Of a stretch of 64,000 nt of DNA, positions 37,350 through 51,162 are shown piece by piece (the stretch's first letter is position 1; every line of letters starts with the position of its first letter). The notes below the pieces were generated by a model. That model worked only from the letters and a program-made list of their open reading frames with translations. It ran no database searches and was not told the DNA's origin. The DNA comes from Octopus vulgaris (Eukaryota). The stretch lies in assembly GCA_951406725.2 (NCBI GenBank), contig OX597820.1:72106001-72170000 (forward strand). The letters run 5' to 3'. Made by a program: the position numbers and the translations under genes.

Positions 37350-37383
37350 TGCAAATGCATATGTATGTACACACATATATATA

Positions 37384-37416
<33 letters not shown>

Positions 37417-38534
37417 ATACATTAGGGTGGGATGTGGGAATTTTTAAGTACACACATCACTTATTTATTTTTCCGGTTGTCTGGAATTTAGTTTCTTCAG
37501 TTTTTAGAAAAGCTATGCCTCGTTTCATTCTTCACCAATGAGATTCATGCTACGCTGAACTGCTATAAATAGTGAATGTGTTATTATAAAGTTCCTTTCT
37601 TCCACTGGAGATCATTAAAATTTAGGTGTAACGCTTAGAAAAATTTAATAGATATTTAATATTTATAAAGTGTGTGATTGTGTTTCATCATTTATAATTG
37701 TCTCCGTTCTTCATTATTGTGTTGTTTTATAAGACAGAAGAGTGAGAGGCTCCATTATGAAGTAAAATGATGTGATAAAAATGAATAGGATGATAAATAA
37801 ATAATACTTTTGTGATATTATGGCCAAGCAATAATAATTTTAAACAAATCATGTACATAGTGTTATATCAACAATAATTTTGGTCTTTCTTGAGTCTTGG
37901 GCATCACTTAGGAAGAAAAAAAGTGAAATAAAAGGAAAATTTTTTGTTGGATGCAAAACGGTGCTAACTGTTGAATGACAAAAGAATAATGTCATGAAGC
38001 TAATGATCACTCACAGAATTTTCAGGTTGAACATGAAATTTGTTTTGTTGCATCTTGGGAGGGTCATTATGCCAATAGTAAACACATTCACTGGTTCTGT
38101 TTTCACTTCTTTATTTTCATTAATCAACTGGCTAACTTATTAACTAATTGATTGCTTGATTAATCTTTCAGACAATCAATCTATCTGCTATTTTTGTTAA
38201 AGCCTTTTTGTCATGATGGCATTCCTGCTCTATTCCAAGTCTTCGTCAAACAACTAATTAGTTAATTGGTTAACTAGTTGAGTAATATTAAAAGAAATGA
38301 AACAGAACCATAGTGTGTGTGTGCTTTGTTATTGACATATTGACCCACCTGGGACACAACAAAAACTGTTTCAGCATATGAGTTCACATCAAGACTCTTG
38401 CAAACCAAATACGAAAGCAATGTATGAAATCTATAATCAATAAAACAAAAAGTGAAAGTAAATTGGTTATAGTGGAGGCACATGGCCTAGTGGTTAGAGC
38501 AGCTGACTCACAGTTGAGGGATCACTGGCTCATG

Positions 38535-39422
38535 AATTTCCTTGGTATTGAAGAGAGGCGTGATGCTGTACCATTGACTAAGGTTTCCATTTCTGGATCA
38601 TGGAAAATACACTCACAATTTAATTAATTTAATTAATCACCAGGTTAATTAAAGTTTGTATCTTCAGTGGCTTCAAATGCTACCAGAAGATAACCAAAAT
38701 AGATTTTTTTCTGTTACAAATCAAGTACCAGCTGCCATAGTTACACACTTTATACACACTTTTCAATACCCGAAGTCTTTTTCATCTTCTATAAAGATTT
38801 GTGACCACTGTCCAGTTGTGCAACAAGTTCACAGATTGTGATTCCTCTGACCACAGGAATCAATTTGTCCACTTACTGGCCGATTCCTGTAGTAGTTGCA
38901 GTTGATAGTTTCCCACTGTGTGGTTTGTCTTAAGTACTGGTTTCCCCTTCTTTTTAACCCTTTAGCATTCAGATTACTCTGTCAAATGTAATTATTTAAA
39001 TTAATCGAGCATTATTTTGTAGCTTTGCGAGTTCAATCATGTGATTTTTTAATGTTTTGAATGACATTGTAGGGTAGGTGTGAGATGCCAGATTGAACAT
39101 GAAACAAGCAGAATATTTGGGCCGGGTATAGTTGGATTAAATGTTAAATGGTACTTCTTCATCCATCTGTGTACATTGTTCTTGTCATCTTGGTAATAAG
39201 CCTGTCGTTTTCTATGAAAGTTAGATAGTCTGCATGAAAAACTCCATGGCAGTGCACTGCTTCTGCTTGAAATCCATTGGTTGCCTGTGATGAAGAACTG
39301 GGAGAAAAATGTCTATAGATGAAGGCTAACTCTACAAATATGTACAATTTCAATGGTCTGTGTGAGTTAATAAAAAAATGTTAAGCTCACTTTCGCATTA
39401 CTTTTGGTACAGCCATTATGTA
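38535..39422 (-). mobile_element. Decayed mariner element (5' half) interrupted by a piggyBac-like MITE
   Basis: Terminus tacataatggctgtaccaaaagtaatg; remnants KQCTAMEFF and DKPHSGKLSTA..VDKLIPVVRGITICELV. Confidence 0.6.
38958..39151 (+). mobile_element. piggyBac-like MITE
   Basis: TTAA|CCCTTTAGCATT start with a decayed right end; matches the outer parts of 25569-26341. Confidence 0.7.
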
Positions 39423-39804
39423 TGCATGTGTACCTCTCTGTATGTATGTGCACGTGTGTGTGTGTGTATGTGTGTGTGTGCAAATATATACACATGAATA
39501 TAGATACGTGTGTGTAAGAATACATATGTCTGTATATCTTTGGATGTGGCTTCTCACCCTCAAACTGTACTGTATTATTACTTATATATTTTCTGAATAC
39601 AACCATATCAATGTACGTAACTGCTTTCCAAAATAAGCATACATTTCATTTTTACTTGATGGCTCTGCAAAAGCTATAGGATTTTACATAAGCACTTAGC
39701 TCTTAGTGCGTTGCTCCACATAGAAACAACTGTAAGCTAATGAAGGTGATTATGTTATCCCTGTTCTTTTGTCAATCCTTAATTGGTACATCATCATCAT
39801 CATC

Positions 39805-39853
<49 letters not shown>

Positions 39854-40417
39854 CTTAATGTCTGTTTTCAATGCTGGTGTGGGCTGGATGGTTTCACAAA
39901 GGCTGGAAACTATGCGAAGCTCTAATGTCTACTTTGGTATGGTTTCTGTGTCTGGACGCCCTTCCTAACACCAACCACTTTACAGGGTGTGCCGGGTACC
40001 ATCCAACCCATACCAGCATGGAAAACAGCCATTCAATAATGATGATGATGTTTATATATATATGCATGTATGTATGTCTCTTTTATAATAATTATTTTCA
40101 ATAGATTTATATGTGTCATCATGACTCCATATTCATATACAAAATTTTCTATACAACAAACAAACAAAATCAATGAAATACATCAAACTGTCAAGTAATT
40201 TAGAACATTGCCTTTTTCTATATCGAAGTTATGGACTGATTTTCTTTTTCTTTTACTTTCAATTTCTTGAGTAACACCTGCAACTCCATTTGAAAATGGA
40301 AAAACATACTTTTGCATATTTGGTGAAATAAGTACATTTCTAGTAAAAAGCAGTCGCCAAAAAAAAATCTCCATTCACTTTCATGTGGCCTTTCTGTGTG
40401 CATATGTGTGTGTGTGT

Positions 40418-40458
<41 letters not shown>

Positions 40459-40927
40459 ATAGAGAGAGAGAGAGTTAATGTGAACCCTTGTTTTCACATT
40501 GTGTGATGGTCATAAGCAAGCATTATTGTCATACAAGTGATGTTTTTCATTCTCAGTCTTCCATGAAAAACATGTCTGACCATGGGAAAATATTACCTTG
40601 CTTAGAAACAAGTGAAGGTTGGTGACAGGAAGGGCATCCATAGAAAATTACTTCAACGAATTCAATCTGACCCATGAAAGCATAGAAAATTTAGATGTTA
40701 AATGATGATCATGATAATGATGTCCCAAACTTGTAGATGGCTAAAATTATTATTGCTATAACATTGTCATTATTTCTTTAAAATTACTATTGCTGTAGCA
40801 TTAATAATGATTATATCATTATTTATATATTAAATTTGGTCTTGTGCATGTAGTAAAAGAAATTATATATTACATTATTATTATCATTATCATCATCATT
40901 GTCGTTGTTGTTGTTTCTTTTCATTAT

Positions 40928-41262
40928 AATTTTATTTCATCTGCCTTAGTACCGGGCATCCTCTGTAGGCCAAGAATAGCAAGGGCACTTTTGTTTTGCT
41001 ATGCATGCTAAAATTATCACCACATTTATTCCATTTTAGATGGAGAGAGCTTTCCGTAGAATATGGGCTGTACCCATCAAGCTTATCTTTTGTAGTTCAT
41101 GGAGATTAGAGTTACCAGGGAGTTGCCTAATATATTTCTCAGCTCCCTTCTTAACATTCCCAACGCACCAATCACTACTGGTATTATTGTAGTACTAAGC
41201 TTCAACATTTTTGTGATTTCAGTTTGCAGATCTTTATAGTGAGAAAGCTCCACACGATCAAA
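40928..41262 (-). mobile_element. R4/Dong-like 3' end
   Basis: YKDLQTEITKMLKLSTTIIPVVIGALGM ... LMGTAHILRKALSI*. Confidence 0.8.
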
Positions 41263-41264
41263 AT

Positions 41265-42052
41265 GTCTCAAGAATCGAATACGAAATGAAGCTAGTATGC
41301 TCTGCTAGATGTGTAATACCAGTGTGCATGCACAACAGAGTGTAAGTGCTCTGAGAGAAAAGTTTGACATAAGAAGCATCAGATGTGGTGTGCAAGAGAG
41401 ACAACTGTACTGGTATGGTCATGTGTTGCATATGGATGAGGACAGATGTGTAAAAAGTGTCACACCCTAGCAGTAGAGGGAACCTGTGGAAGAGGTAGAT
41501 CCAGGAAGACCTGAGATGGTGAAGCACAACCTTTGAACGTTGGGTCTCACGGAGGCGATGACAAGTGACTGAGACCTTTGGAGATATGCTGTGCTTGAGA
41601 AAACCCAGCAAGCCAACTGTGACCGTAACCATGGCTTATGCCAGTACAGCATAACCAAACCGTTTAAGAGTACCCTTCAGTCATTGGGCAATAAACTGCG
41701 CTTGTGAAGACCTTTTGAGTCACTCATGCCAGTGGCACATAAAAAGCACCATTCAAGTGTAGTCATTGCCAGTGCTGCCTGACTGGCTCCCATGCTGGTA
41801 GCACATAAAAAGCACCACTCAAACATCATTGATGCTAGCACTGCCTGACTGGCCCTTATGTTGGTGGCATGTAAAAAGCACCCACTACACTCTTAGAGTG
41901 GTTGGTGTCAGGAAGGGCATCCAGCTGTAGAAAGTTTGCAAGATCAGATTGGAACCTGGTGCAAACTTCTAGCTTGCCAGTCCTAAGTCAAACCGTCAAC
42001 CCATGCCAGCATGGAAATCGGATGTTAAACAACAATGACGATGAGGATGAGG
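41265..42052 (+). mobile_element. RTE LINE 3' part with tandem-repeat 3' UTR
   Basis: Closely similar to 10396-11241 (WYGHVLHMDED, EGTCGRGRSRKT). Confidence 0.9.
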
Positions 42053-42247
42053 ATATGAATGTGTGTGTATGTATGTATTAATGATTTTATGTCAAGTTTA
42101 TAATAAAAATAATTTTGCTTGTAATTGAAGAATTATTCAATACTTTTTTGCAAAGCTCATGATTATATCATCTTACAAGATGGTTGAATGTGACTTCAGA
42201 GACTTCAAAGCTACTGTCACCCCTCTTTTGGTAAAAGTTTCATGTGT

Positions 42248-42290
<43 letters not shown>

Positions 42291-42332
42291 CGCACATACA
42301 CATATGCATATATATATTTATATATTTTATTC

Positions 42333-44643
42333 TTTTATTCTTCTATTTGTTTCAGTCATTTGACTGCAGCCATCCTGGAGCACCACCTTTAGTCAAACAA
42401 ATCGACCCCAGGACTTATTCTTTGTAAGCCTGGTGATGTAAACACACTAACATCGGTTGTCAGGTGATGGTGGAGGGGACAAACACAGACAAACAAACAT
42501 CATAAAAATTAGTTTTCCTAATAATCATAAGTATCACCATATATTTAATAGATCAACAATTTATATTTCTTTTTCCGCATTGCCAAACATAGGATCAATT
42601 ATTGCCAACTCTAATAGATGAAAACTTGATAAATATAGTTTAAGAAATAATAGTAATACTAGTAAAGAAATACACAAAGTGCTAGAACACCAAATAATAT
42701 CCAATATAACACTAGTTCAAGAAGTAGTATTATGGGAATACACAGCAATGCTATAACATTAACTGAATCTCAACAAAATTCTAATAATTGTATATTTCAA
42801 AATTTGAAAACGACTAGATATGAGAGGACTCTAGATAATCCAAGACCACAATCTAATAACGATAGTAATATACAAGCAGTGAATTTACTTAATGCTCTTA
42901 TAAATGTTTCCACAATAATTTCAGCTATAACACCACACACCATAATGAATAATCCTAATACCATAAAACCTAATACTACAGAACAGAAACATATAACTGA
43001 ATATTGCACATGTAAAAATAATAAGTCAGGTCCTTTAGAAGGCAAATGTAGAAGGTTCAACGTTATATATAAATGTACTGTTACTAAAACTGCTAACTCA
43101 CATAGTAAGAATATATAGGGAGCTTCATTAACTTTAACCCATAAAGTGTTGGGATTTGTACTTACATAGCATGGCCTGCTAAGCACATTTTATGAAAATG
43201 AGACAACCATGCACACATAAAAAAGCAAAAAAATAGTTAAAATATCTTCTTAGTATATAATGGTTGCAAGTTTTACATCATCTGAAAAGTCATTAGTTGA
43301 ACTATTAGTCCTCTTGCATTCTGGGGGGAGGGGTATCAAAGCGTTTGAGTGACATTAGACCCCAACAAACGCCCATAAATTAAATGCATCTATCAGGGCC
43401 ATGATCGTGGCCTGTCGACCTGTGCCCGTCATACATTATGTGTTAAACAAAGATTTATAACCAATATACATTCATTTAAACCAAGTATCATGAACAACAC
43501 TACCTCATTGGCTGCATATATACATAAACTCAAACTAAAAAATGTTAACTATGAATTACCCTGGTCAGTTATCGACTCAGCTACACCACATACCCACAAA
43601 TTTTCTATTTGCCGTCAATGTACAAAAGAATCGCTTTACATATTATTATATAAGCAAAATAATTTAATTAACTGCCAATTGGAAGCATTATCCACACGTA
43701 GACATCAGTTTTATAAAACTTTTAAACACTATAAGTGATCATTAAGAAAAGCTTCACATTAATATTTTGTAATTTATGTTTTATTATTAAAATAAAATAT
43801 AAAGATTATTGTAAGTGAAAAATTAATAAAACTAAAATATTTTTAATCAAACATATATTCACAAGATATAGGATTATCCATTAAATAAATACTTAGAATT
43901 TATCCTCTTGAAATTTGAACCTGTACTCTTTTGATATGAAACTAATTGACTTTAAATATAATACAATTATTTACTCGATAGCAAGTCAATACACAACCAT
44001 ATCTACATTTTTAATAATAAAAGCAACAAATAATATCACTCTTATTTTCTCACATTTATGGATTACACCTGGAAGAAGAAATGGATGATAGTAATTCTAT
44101 TTTTGTACAGCCATTACGAATTTTTACCATGTATCTATTCTACTTTTTTAGAATTTTAGCACAAATTTATACCAACACTATATGTATGCCAATAATTTTA
44201 AAAAAAATATTTTCCACATTTGCTTTAAACACCATTTTCTTCATTCTATTTCCTCCACTGAAATTCATCCTTTTGATTTGGTTCTCTCATGAGTGGATAT
44301 ACTTCCCAACGATGCTTATCAACTTTAGATTTTGTTTCAAGAAGAAGTATATTCATGAAGCAATAGTAAGAACTTTTAAACATTTTAAAACTTTTTAATA
44401 ATCATGACTGTACTTTATTTATTAATACAATATTGCTAATATTATATACTTATTTTTATTATGATTTTTAAGATATTCCACTATTTTACTCTATATATAT
44501 ATAGAGTTTCTATTTACCAAATCCACTTACAAGGCTCTGGTCAGCCCAAGGCTATAGTAGAAGACACTAGCCCAAGGTGCCACGCAGTGAGACTGAACCC
44601 AGAACCATGTGGTTAGGAAGCAAGCTTCTTATCACCCAGCCAT
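42333..44643 (-). mobile_element. SINE family A split by a ~2-kb Penelope-like insertion
   Basis: 3' half at 42333-42497 and 5' half at 44505-44643. Confidence 0.7.
42500..43738 (+). mobile_element. Penelope-like (Naiad-type) GIY-YIG endonuclease remnant
   Basis: FPNNHKYHHIFNRSTI; CTCKNNKSGPLEGKCRRFNVIYKCTV; TSLAAYIHKLK..CRQCTKESLYIL..LINCQLEALSTRRH; interrupted at about 43140-43440. Confidence 0.8.
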
Positions 44644-44665
44644 GTTATGTAAATATATATACATA

Positions 44666-44995
44666 GGCACAGTTGTGGCTGTGTGGTAACAAGTTTGGTT
44701 CCCAACCACAGGGTTGTGTTCTATCCCACTGCCTGGTATCTTGGGAAAGTGTCTTCTACTATAGGTCCAAAAACTGAAAGAAGTCTGTCATGTGTATATG
44801 TGTGTGTGTGTGTTTGTCTGTCTGTCCCTCACTACTGCATGACAACTGTTGTAGGTTTGTTTATGTCCCTGTAGCTTAGCAGTTCTGCAAAAACAGACTG
44901 ATAAAACCAGTTTCAAAAAAATAATTACTGGAGATGATTCATTTGTCTACAATTCCTCAAGCTGCAATCTAATGACTGGAACAAGTAAAAAACTA
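44666..44995 (+). mobile_element. Diverged SINE family A
   Basis: Colinear similarity to 4827-5268. Confidence 0.8.
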
Positions 44996-45809
44996 GAAGA
45001 ATGTATATATGTGTGTATAAATATCACACACACACACACACACAATCATACAGATAATTATCTGTGCAAAAATTATAGTATATTATATTTTATTTCTTTG
45101 ATTCATAATCAAGATACTCAGTAAATGAAGTTTCTGGAAACAAATTTTCGGTTTACCGTAAGATTTTTTTTTTTTGTTTTAATTTTTGTTTTCATTCTTT
45201 CATTTTTGTGATTGAAAAAATTAATCATAAATGATCTGTTCAGTTCTGTTGCTTAGAGGTTTCTCCGGTTCCTTCGTATCCCTTGTTAGAACCAAAATAA
45301 GTGACTGCAAATCAATAAATTGAATTCTTGATGGTCTTTCTGCCAATATCAGAAATTATGTGATGTGCGTGTGTGTGTGCATAATATACAATTATGTACA
45401 TAAAATATAAAATCTATATTGGCTGAATCTCTGCAAAGTCACTTTTCAAATTTCATTTTGTATTCTCTCTCATCTTCTGTCTGATTTGAAGTTTATTCTC
45501 TTAAGAAAGTTGCCGATACACTTGGCTCTCAGCCCAAAACATAGGCCCTTCCAGCTGTAGAATGTAACAGTGAGTGTATGACTAAATAAAATATTTGCCA
45601 AAAAAACTTAACTAATAATTGAAATTTACAACAAAATTGTTCTGTGCTTTTGGGAGGGAAAAAAATGGAATTTTTACATTCTTTTCTATATCAAACATAT
45701 ATCATCGATAACAATTTTGTTGCTCCCTAAAGATACTTGTCCAAAAAAATCTTTAGTAATCCTTGAATATTGGCTTAAAGATTCAGTTATAAAACATTTG
45801 TAATAATAA

Positions 45810-47470
45810 TAGGGGCAGCAATAATATTTGCCACAAGGACAACCATGAAGGGACATTATAAGGACAAATTACAAAAGCAAATGGGCTTTATGCAGAACCA
45901 ATTAGGAAACAAAAATCAGGTATGGGAAATGACAGAATGAAAAGTCCTAATGAGGAGACATCCAGTTAGCTTCACTCTACGACCCCCCCCCCTCCAGTTC
46001 CAGAACTGTCCTATTAGTGTTCTCATCCAACTGTATTTCCCAGTCTACAGATGTATTCTGAGAGTAGGCCCATTTTACTCAGGACATGCTGACTGCTCTC
46101 ATCTAGCTTTCAGAAAATTCCCTAAATGGTAGCACTCTCCCTCACCTTCACTCTTACCTCCAACTACCGCTCACCAAGTTTCACTTAACAATGGTTTGGT
46201 TTCCAACGAGGATATCTATCCTTAGTTCCTTCAGCTTTATCTGCCAAATAATCTTTTTTGCCACAACTAACAGAATAAAAGCAGGCAGGAAAACTGCTTG
46301 CCCTTCTCAGCCAAAAAAAAGAAGGTGGCTACAGTTCCCATGATGGATTTAGCAGATATCTGGATCTCCATGACATGTGGCAACAGTTGTTTGACCCATC
46401 TCTATATATAAACAATTATTAAATACTGAATGAGTGTTGATAGAAAGGTTTTTGTTGCTCTGTGTGCATCATGATTGGGCTGGAGGGATGTCACTTTCAT
46501 GCTTCTAGAGTTCATCCTGAACCAGCAGTGTTGCTCCACTTTGGGGTCTTTGCAAAGCCAAGGTTTTAGAGAAGACACCCATAGCGCCAGATCATAAATC
46601 CTCTGGAAAAGGCTGTTTAGTACATCATCAATGATGTCTTGAATCTTCCTGAGAATGTTGGTGCTTTAATCCAACAGAAATCCTTTAGAGAATGCAAAGG
46701 TTAAAGTTTCACTGACTTCATTGCCAACTGTTAGAGAACTCTAATAACATTCCAGATGATCCATTCCCAGGCTTGGTCTTTGTTTGATCCAAAACTTTTA
46801 CTCTACCAAAAGGATTTGTGTGAAAACATTCTTGACAAACAGCAACCACACCTGCTCTCCTTCCAGGAATCTCTGCAGAGGCTGCATCTTTATCACATAA
46901 CTGTTCAGCATCAGCTATGGCATTTCAAATCACGTGTTGAGAGTGTTGACAGTTTATGGACCACCTGACCAGAAGAACTTGTCCTTCCATAAGAAACAAA
47001 AGAGAAGACCCTCCGCTATGGTTTAATAAAAGCTAGGGGCAAGCCACAATGGTCAAGCAGTAATAAAGGATGGTCAGGTTGACCTCTTCCCAACATTACT
47101 CACAGCTCATTTTTTGGTGAAACCAACTAATCTGCTCATAACTTTATCCCAATTCCTATCCACCGAGGGGTCCAACCCAAACCGAACCCTAGGCTTCTTA
47201 GAACTATCAACCAAATGACCCAATACAGTAATCAGCATGAACTTGAATCTTCAGTATTCCTTTGCAAGCCTGGCTTTTCACTGTTAATGAATGTTCTTGA
47301 TAATCATTGTGTCCCTTCACTGTAAATGATGACTACTTCAGTTTTCATCATTCATAGCACTATCACATGAACATCATTCCTATTTGCTGATACAACCCCC
47401 ATAATTTCACTTCAGGCGGGATGTCCCTCCACAACACTAACTTCCACAGCATTAGCTTGATGCAGGAAGC
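45810..47470 (-). mobile_element. Decayed Tx1/L1-like LINE, RT to 3' end
   Basis: Minus strand LGVRFGLDPSVDRNWD, LTIVACP, EGQAVFL; 3' end gtccttgtggcaaata. Confidence 0.7.
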
Positions 47471-48734
47471 ATGTGATTCAGATCATTCTGAAAAGGTGGT
47501 AATTTATTTTGAACATTGAGTAGATATCCCTAGACATTGTAATAATGAAAAAGACATGTATATATATATATATATATATATACATATATATATCATAATA
47601 ACTATGCATCAAAAGAATTTTTATCACTTTGTCTTAAGTCAGTCAACCTATAAAGATTTTAAATTATTAATAATTCTAAGAACAAAGAAGAATCTCCTGA
47701 ACCTGCCAAAGCTTGGGATTGTACCAGAGACCATTACATGGCTGGTTTAATTCTCTCACCTATGAGCTATTGCAGCAATCTTTGAAGGATGCCATAACTT
47801 TTAGAAATGTATTTATTACAATAGTTGATAGTTTAGTTGATTGAAAGAGCTCAACACATTTTGTTGAAATCAACAAAGATCCATTTACTTTAAAATACAC
47901 TCACATACATATACATGCAGATATGTGTGTGTATATACAATCTTGTTTGTTCTTAATAAAAAATAACAGAAAACTGCCTGGAGGTGGGTGTTTCTGCCAG
48001 GAATAATAATTATGTTGTCTTCTAAAATTGACATAGGCCAGAAGTATATAAGAAATATGATTATTTATATTGATCCTCGTGTATGGAATTGCATTAAATG
48101 ATAACAATAATAATAATAATAATAATAATGGCAACAATTTTTTTTTCCTTCATTAGCCATAAGTGTTTAAAGTCCACTCTCAGTCCATCTTTTTTTCTTT
48201 ACTTTCTTTGTGATTTTCCTAGGGTGGGAAAGGAGGTTCATTGACACTTGGAAGAAATTGTTCCTCTTTTTTTTTTGTCGTTATATGTTGAATCTTCTTT
48301 TTCAGTGATTTTTACCTCTATTCTTTTTGTGGTTTTTTTTTCCAGATCATTTTCAGGTTTCCTTTTATTTATATTTCTTCGTCATTTATAATTATCTTTT
48401 CTTCATCACACAATGTATGCATGGTACTACAAGTTGGTACTGTTGGGGGACAAGGTATATATTTGAGGGCAATACGGACATTTTACTTGCTATCACCTGA
48501 GTTTCAGCTGATCTTGCTTTAGAAACAGAGGTTTGTTGTTCTTTTTGTTATTCTCTTGATCTTCATTATTTTCATTTTTCTTTTCTTTTTTTTTTTTGTT
48601 GTTTAATCTCTCCATTCCCTCCTGGTATTCAGTTCTGAGGTGAATATTACTCTGACAAATGCAGCAGCAAGGCTTTCTACCCTATATCATTAATTTCATG
48701 TTCTTCATCTCATTGTTTTCTACTGGACACAGTT

Positions 48735-49140
48735 CCCATGTGGGCTCTGTGGTCTTCATGACTTGAAAATCCATTTTAGCATCTCCTGACCACATGTAGT
48801 TCCAATGTGGCTCTGTGGCCTTTAGGTATCATTAGGACTTGAAAATCCATTTAAACATCTCTTGACAACATGTCAACTTACATTAAGTTTTCTCTCACTT
48901 CTCTTACCATACTGTGATACAGAAATGTTTATTAGCTATGGCTCTTCATAGTATCTGTTGTCTTATTATTGTGATTCTGTGGCATTGAAGGGTCATTAGG
49001 CCTTGCAAGTCCATTTTGACACTCTCTGACAATAGATCACCTTTCATTAAATCTTTGTCCACTCTCGCATAATGTGAAGCAGACATCATTTATTAGCCAT
49101 AGATCTATACCATGTCCAATGTCTCTTATTGTGATTCTTA
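48735..49140. repeat. Degenerate tandem duplication
   Basis: ctctgtgg..cttgaaaatccatttt..ctgacMa block occurs three times (about 48745, 48811, 48975). Confidence 0.7.
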
Positions 49141-49249
49141 AGTTTCTCTAATCCAACTCGTGTATAATCAGAGGGAACAGGTTCAACCATACTATCAGAT
49201 GTTATACATCGCTAGTCGCACTCCACTTTGCATCATTTTAACTTTCAAA

Positions 49250-49455
49250 TGATGCCAATCCAGTAGGTAGGTGAGCAGGCCAGCATTCCCCCTGATTCAG
49301 AGGTTAGTCCATCATAGATTTACGCCTGCCCACTCAGCTGTAAATGGGTAATATGAAGTGGAGTGTTTTGCTCAAAAACACAATGTGCTACCCAGTTTGG
49401 GAATCAAACCCACAGTCTAGTAATCATGAGAGTAAAACACTAACCACTAGACCAG
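49250..49455 (-). mobile_element. SINE family C
   Basis: Minus-strand tggtctagtggttag head and ttgtgtttttgagcaaaacact core. Confidence 0.6.
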
Positions 49456-49499
49456 AGATATGTTTGAAAATTTCAGCCTGTGGCTGTATTTTCAGTTAC

Positions 49500-49797
49500 A
49501 TCCAAATGTGGCCAATGCCAGTACCCTCTGACTGGCTTCCATACTGGTGGCAAGTAAAAAGCACTATCCAAATGTGATCGATGCCAGGCCCACCTGACTG
49601 GCTCCTGTGCCGATGGCACATAAAAAACATTTACTCCACTCTGAGTGGTTAGCTTTAGGAAGGGTATCCAGCTGTAGAAACATTGCCAGATCAGATTGGA
49701 GCCTGATGCAGCCACTGGCTCTCCAGACCTCAGTCAAACCGTCTAACCCATGCCAGCATGGAAAACGGATGCTAAACAATGATGATGATGATGATGA
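49500..49797 (+). mobile_element. RTE-derived 3' end
   Basis: Tandem units, shared terminus and (GAT)n. Confidence 0.85.
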
Positions 49798-50586
49798 GGA
49801 CAGTGTGCCGCAATTCTTTTCCTTTTCAATTGAAAGAATTTCTCCTATATCCTGCAAAGACTGTTGTACTATTTGGCATGAAGTAAAATTCAGTTTGCTT
49901 CCATCTTGTTATATGCAGTGATATGTAAATTTTCTCTTTGCTCTCTTCCGTTTATTAAATTCTGTGACAAGGAAATGCTGTTCAGTTTCGCAAAATTCTT
50001 TCACCTACATTTTTTTTCCTTCTTGTAACTGTGACAGATCTTAAAATTCCGTTGTTCAGTTTGTATTCAAGAAAGCTTTGCCTGAGCATAACTGCTCTTT
50101 GAACACTCCACAGTATTTAATATCTTGTAATTATCTACTGCAGTTGTTGTTGTTGTTACTATTATTATTATCTTCAAAACTACTTATCTAACTATTTGGG
50201 ATATTTTCTTTTACTTTTCCGTTGCTCTGTTCCTTTTCTCCTTCCTTTTCTACATTCACTTAGATGTGTTGATTTTACATTCTTTCATGTTTTTGTTTTG
50301 TTCTATTTCCTATGTAATGTTGTGTAGCGTGAATATGTGTGACAGCCATTTTGGATGTGGAAAGGGAATGTGTGTCAATAAAATTTCAAAATTTTGTGAA
50401 CCAAAGCTTTTTTATTGCTTTCCAATCCAGGGATATCATGGATAGTTCTCTTTCTAGGCAATTATAGTTCTTTTTACTAGTATTCCAGAGGAAATTTCAT
50501 TTGGTAATACTTGAATAGATTTGTTTTGAAGAGAAAAGCACAATGGCATCTTAACATTCTGAGTGTCAAATAATAATAATAATAAT

Positions 50587-51112
50587 ATGGCTTCTGATCT
50601 TAACTGATTGGAAGTGTTATCATGTACATGTTTTATCTTTGTATAAAAGATGGCTGCAACAAATATTTTGCTCACTACCACAGATTTGCTTGTCAGCTGT
50701 TTGACCTTAACCAGTAGAGCATGTCCCTTTGTTTGCTGACAATATGTGTGTCTCTGATCATGAGCAGAATTAGTGGGGAAGCATCATAGCCATGTGTAAA
50801 GAGAGGAATTCTTTGGGGTTTGAATAATCTACCTCTGGAAACGTGGGTGTCTTGTTCAAAATCCTTAAACAACCCTTATTCAGGTACCTTTTCAGCAGAC
50901 TGGGCTACTCAACCTAAAGAAAGTTCTAACTGGGCCCCACCTGTAAGGTCATGTGCTGTTTATTTTGATGTGAGATCACCATGTCACATGGATATGGCTG
51001 TGATGCATGTACCTGGTGTATCCTCATCAGACGTGTAGTCATGATGGGTATATTGGGGTTCATATATTTGTTCACCAGCATCTTTTTGATGGCATGCACT
51101 GTTCTTTCACTC
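50587..51112 (+). mobile_element. Non-coding TAA-embedded repeat, copy 2
   Basis: Colinear with 35145-35661; starts about 30 nt further in, has the same right end, and has TAA on both sides. Confidence 0.8.
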
Positions 51113-51144
<32 letters not shown>

Positions 51145-51162
51145 TCAATAATGATAATAATA

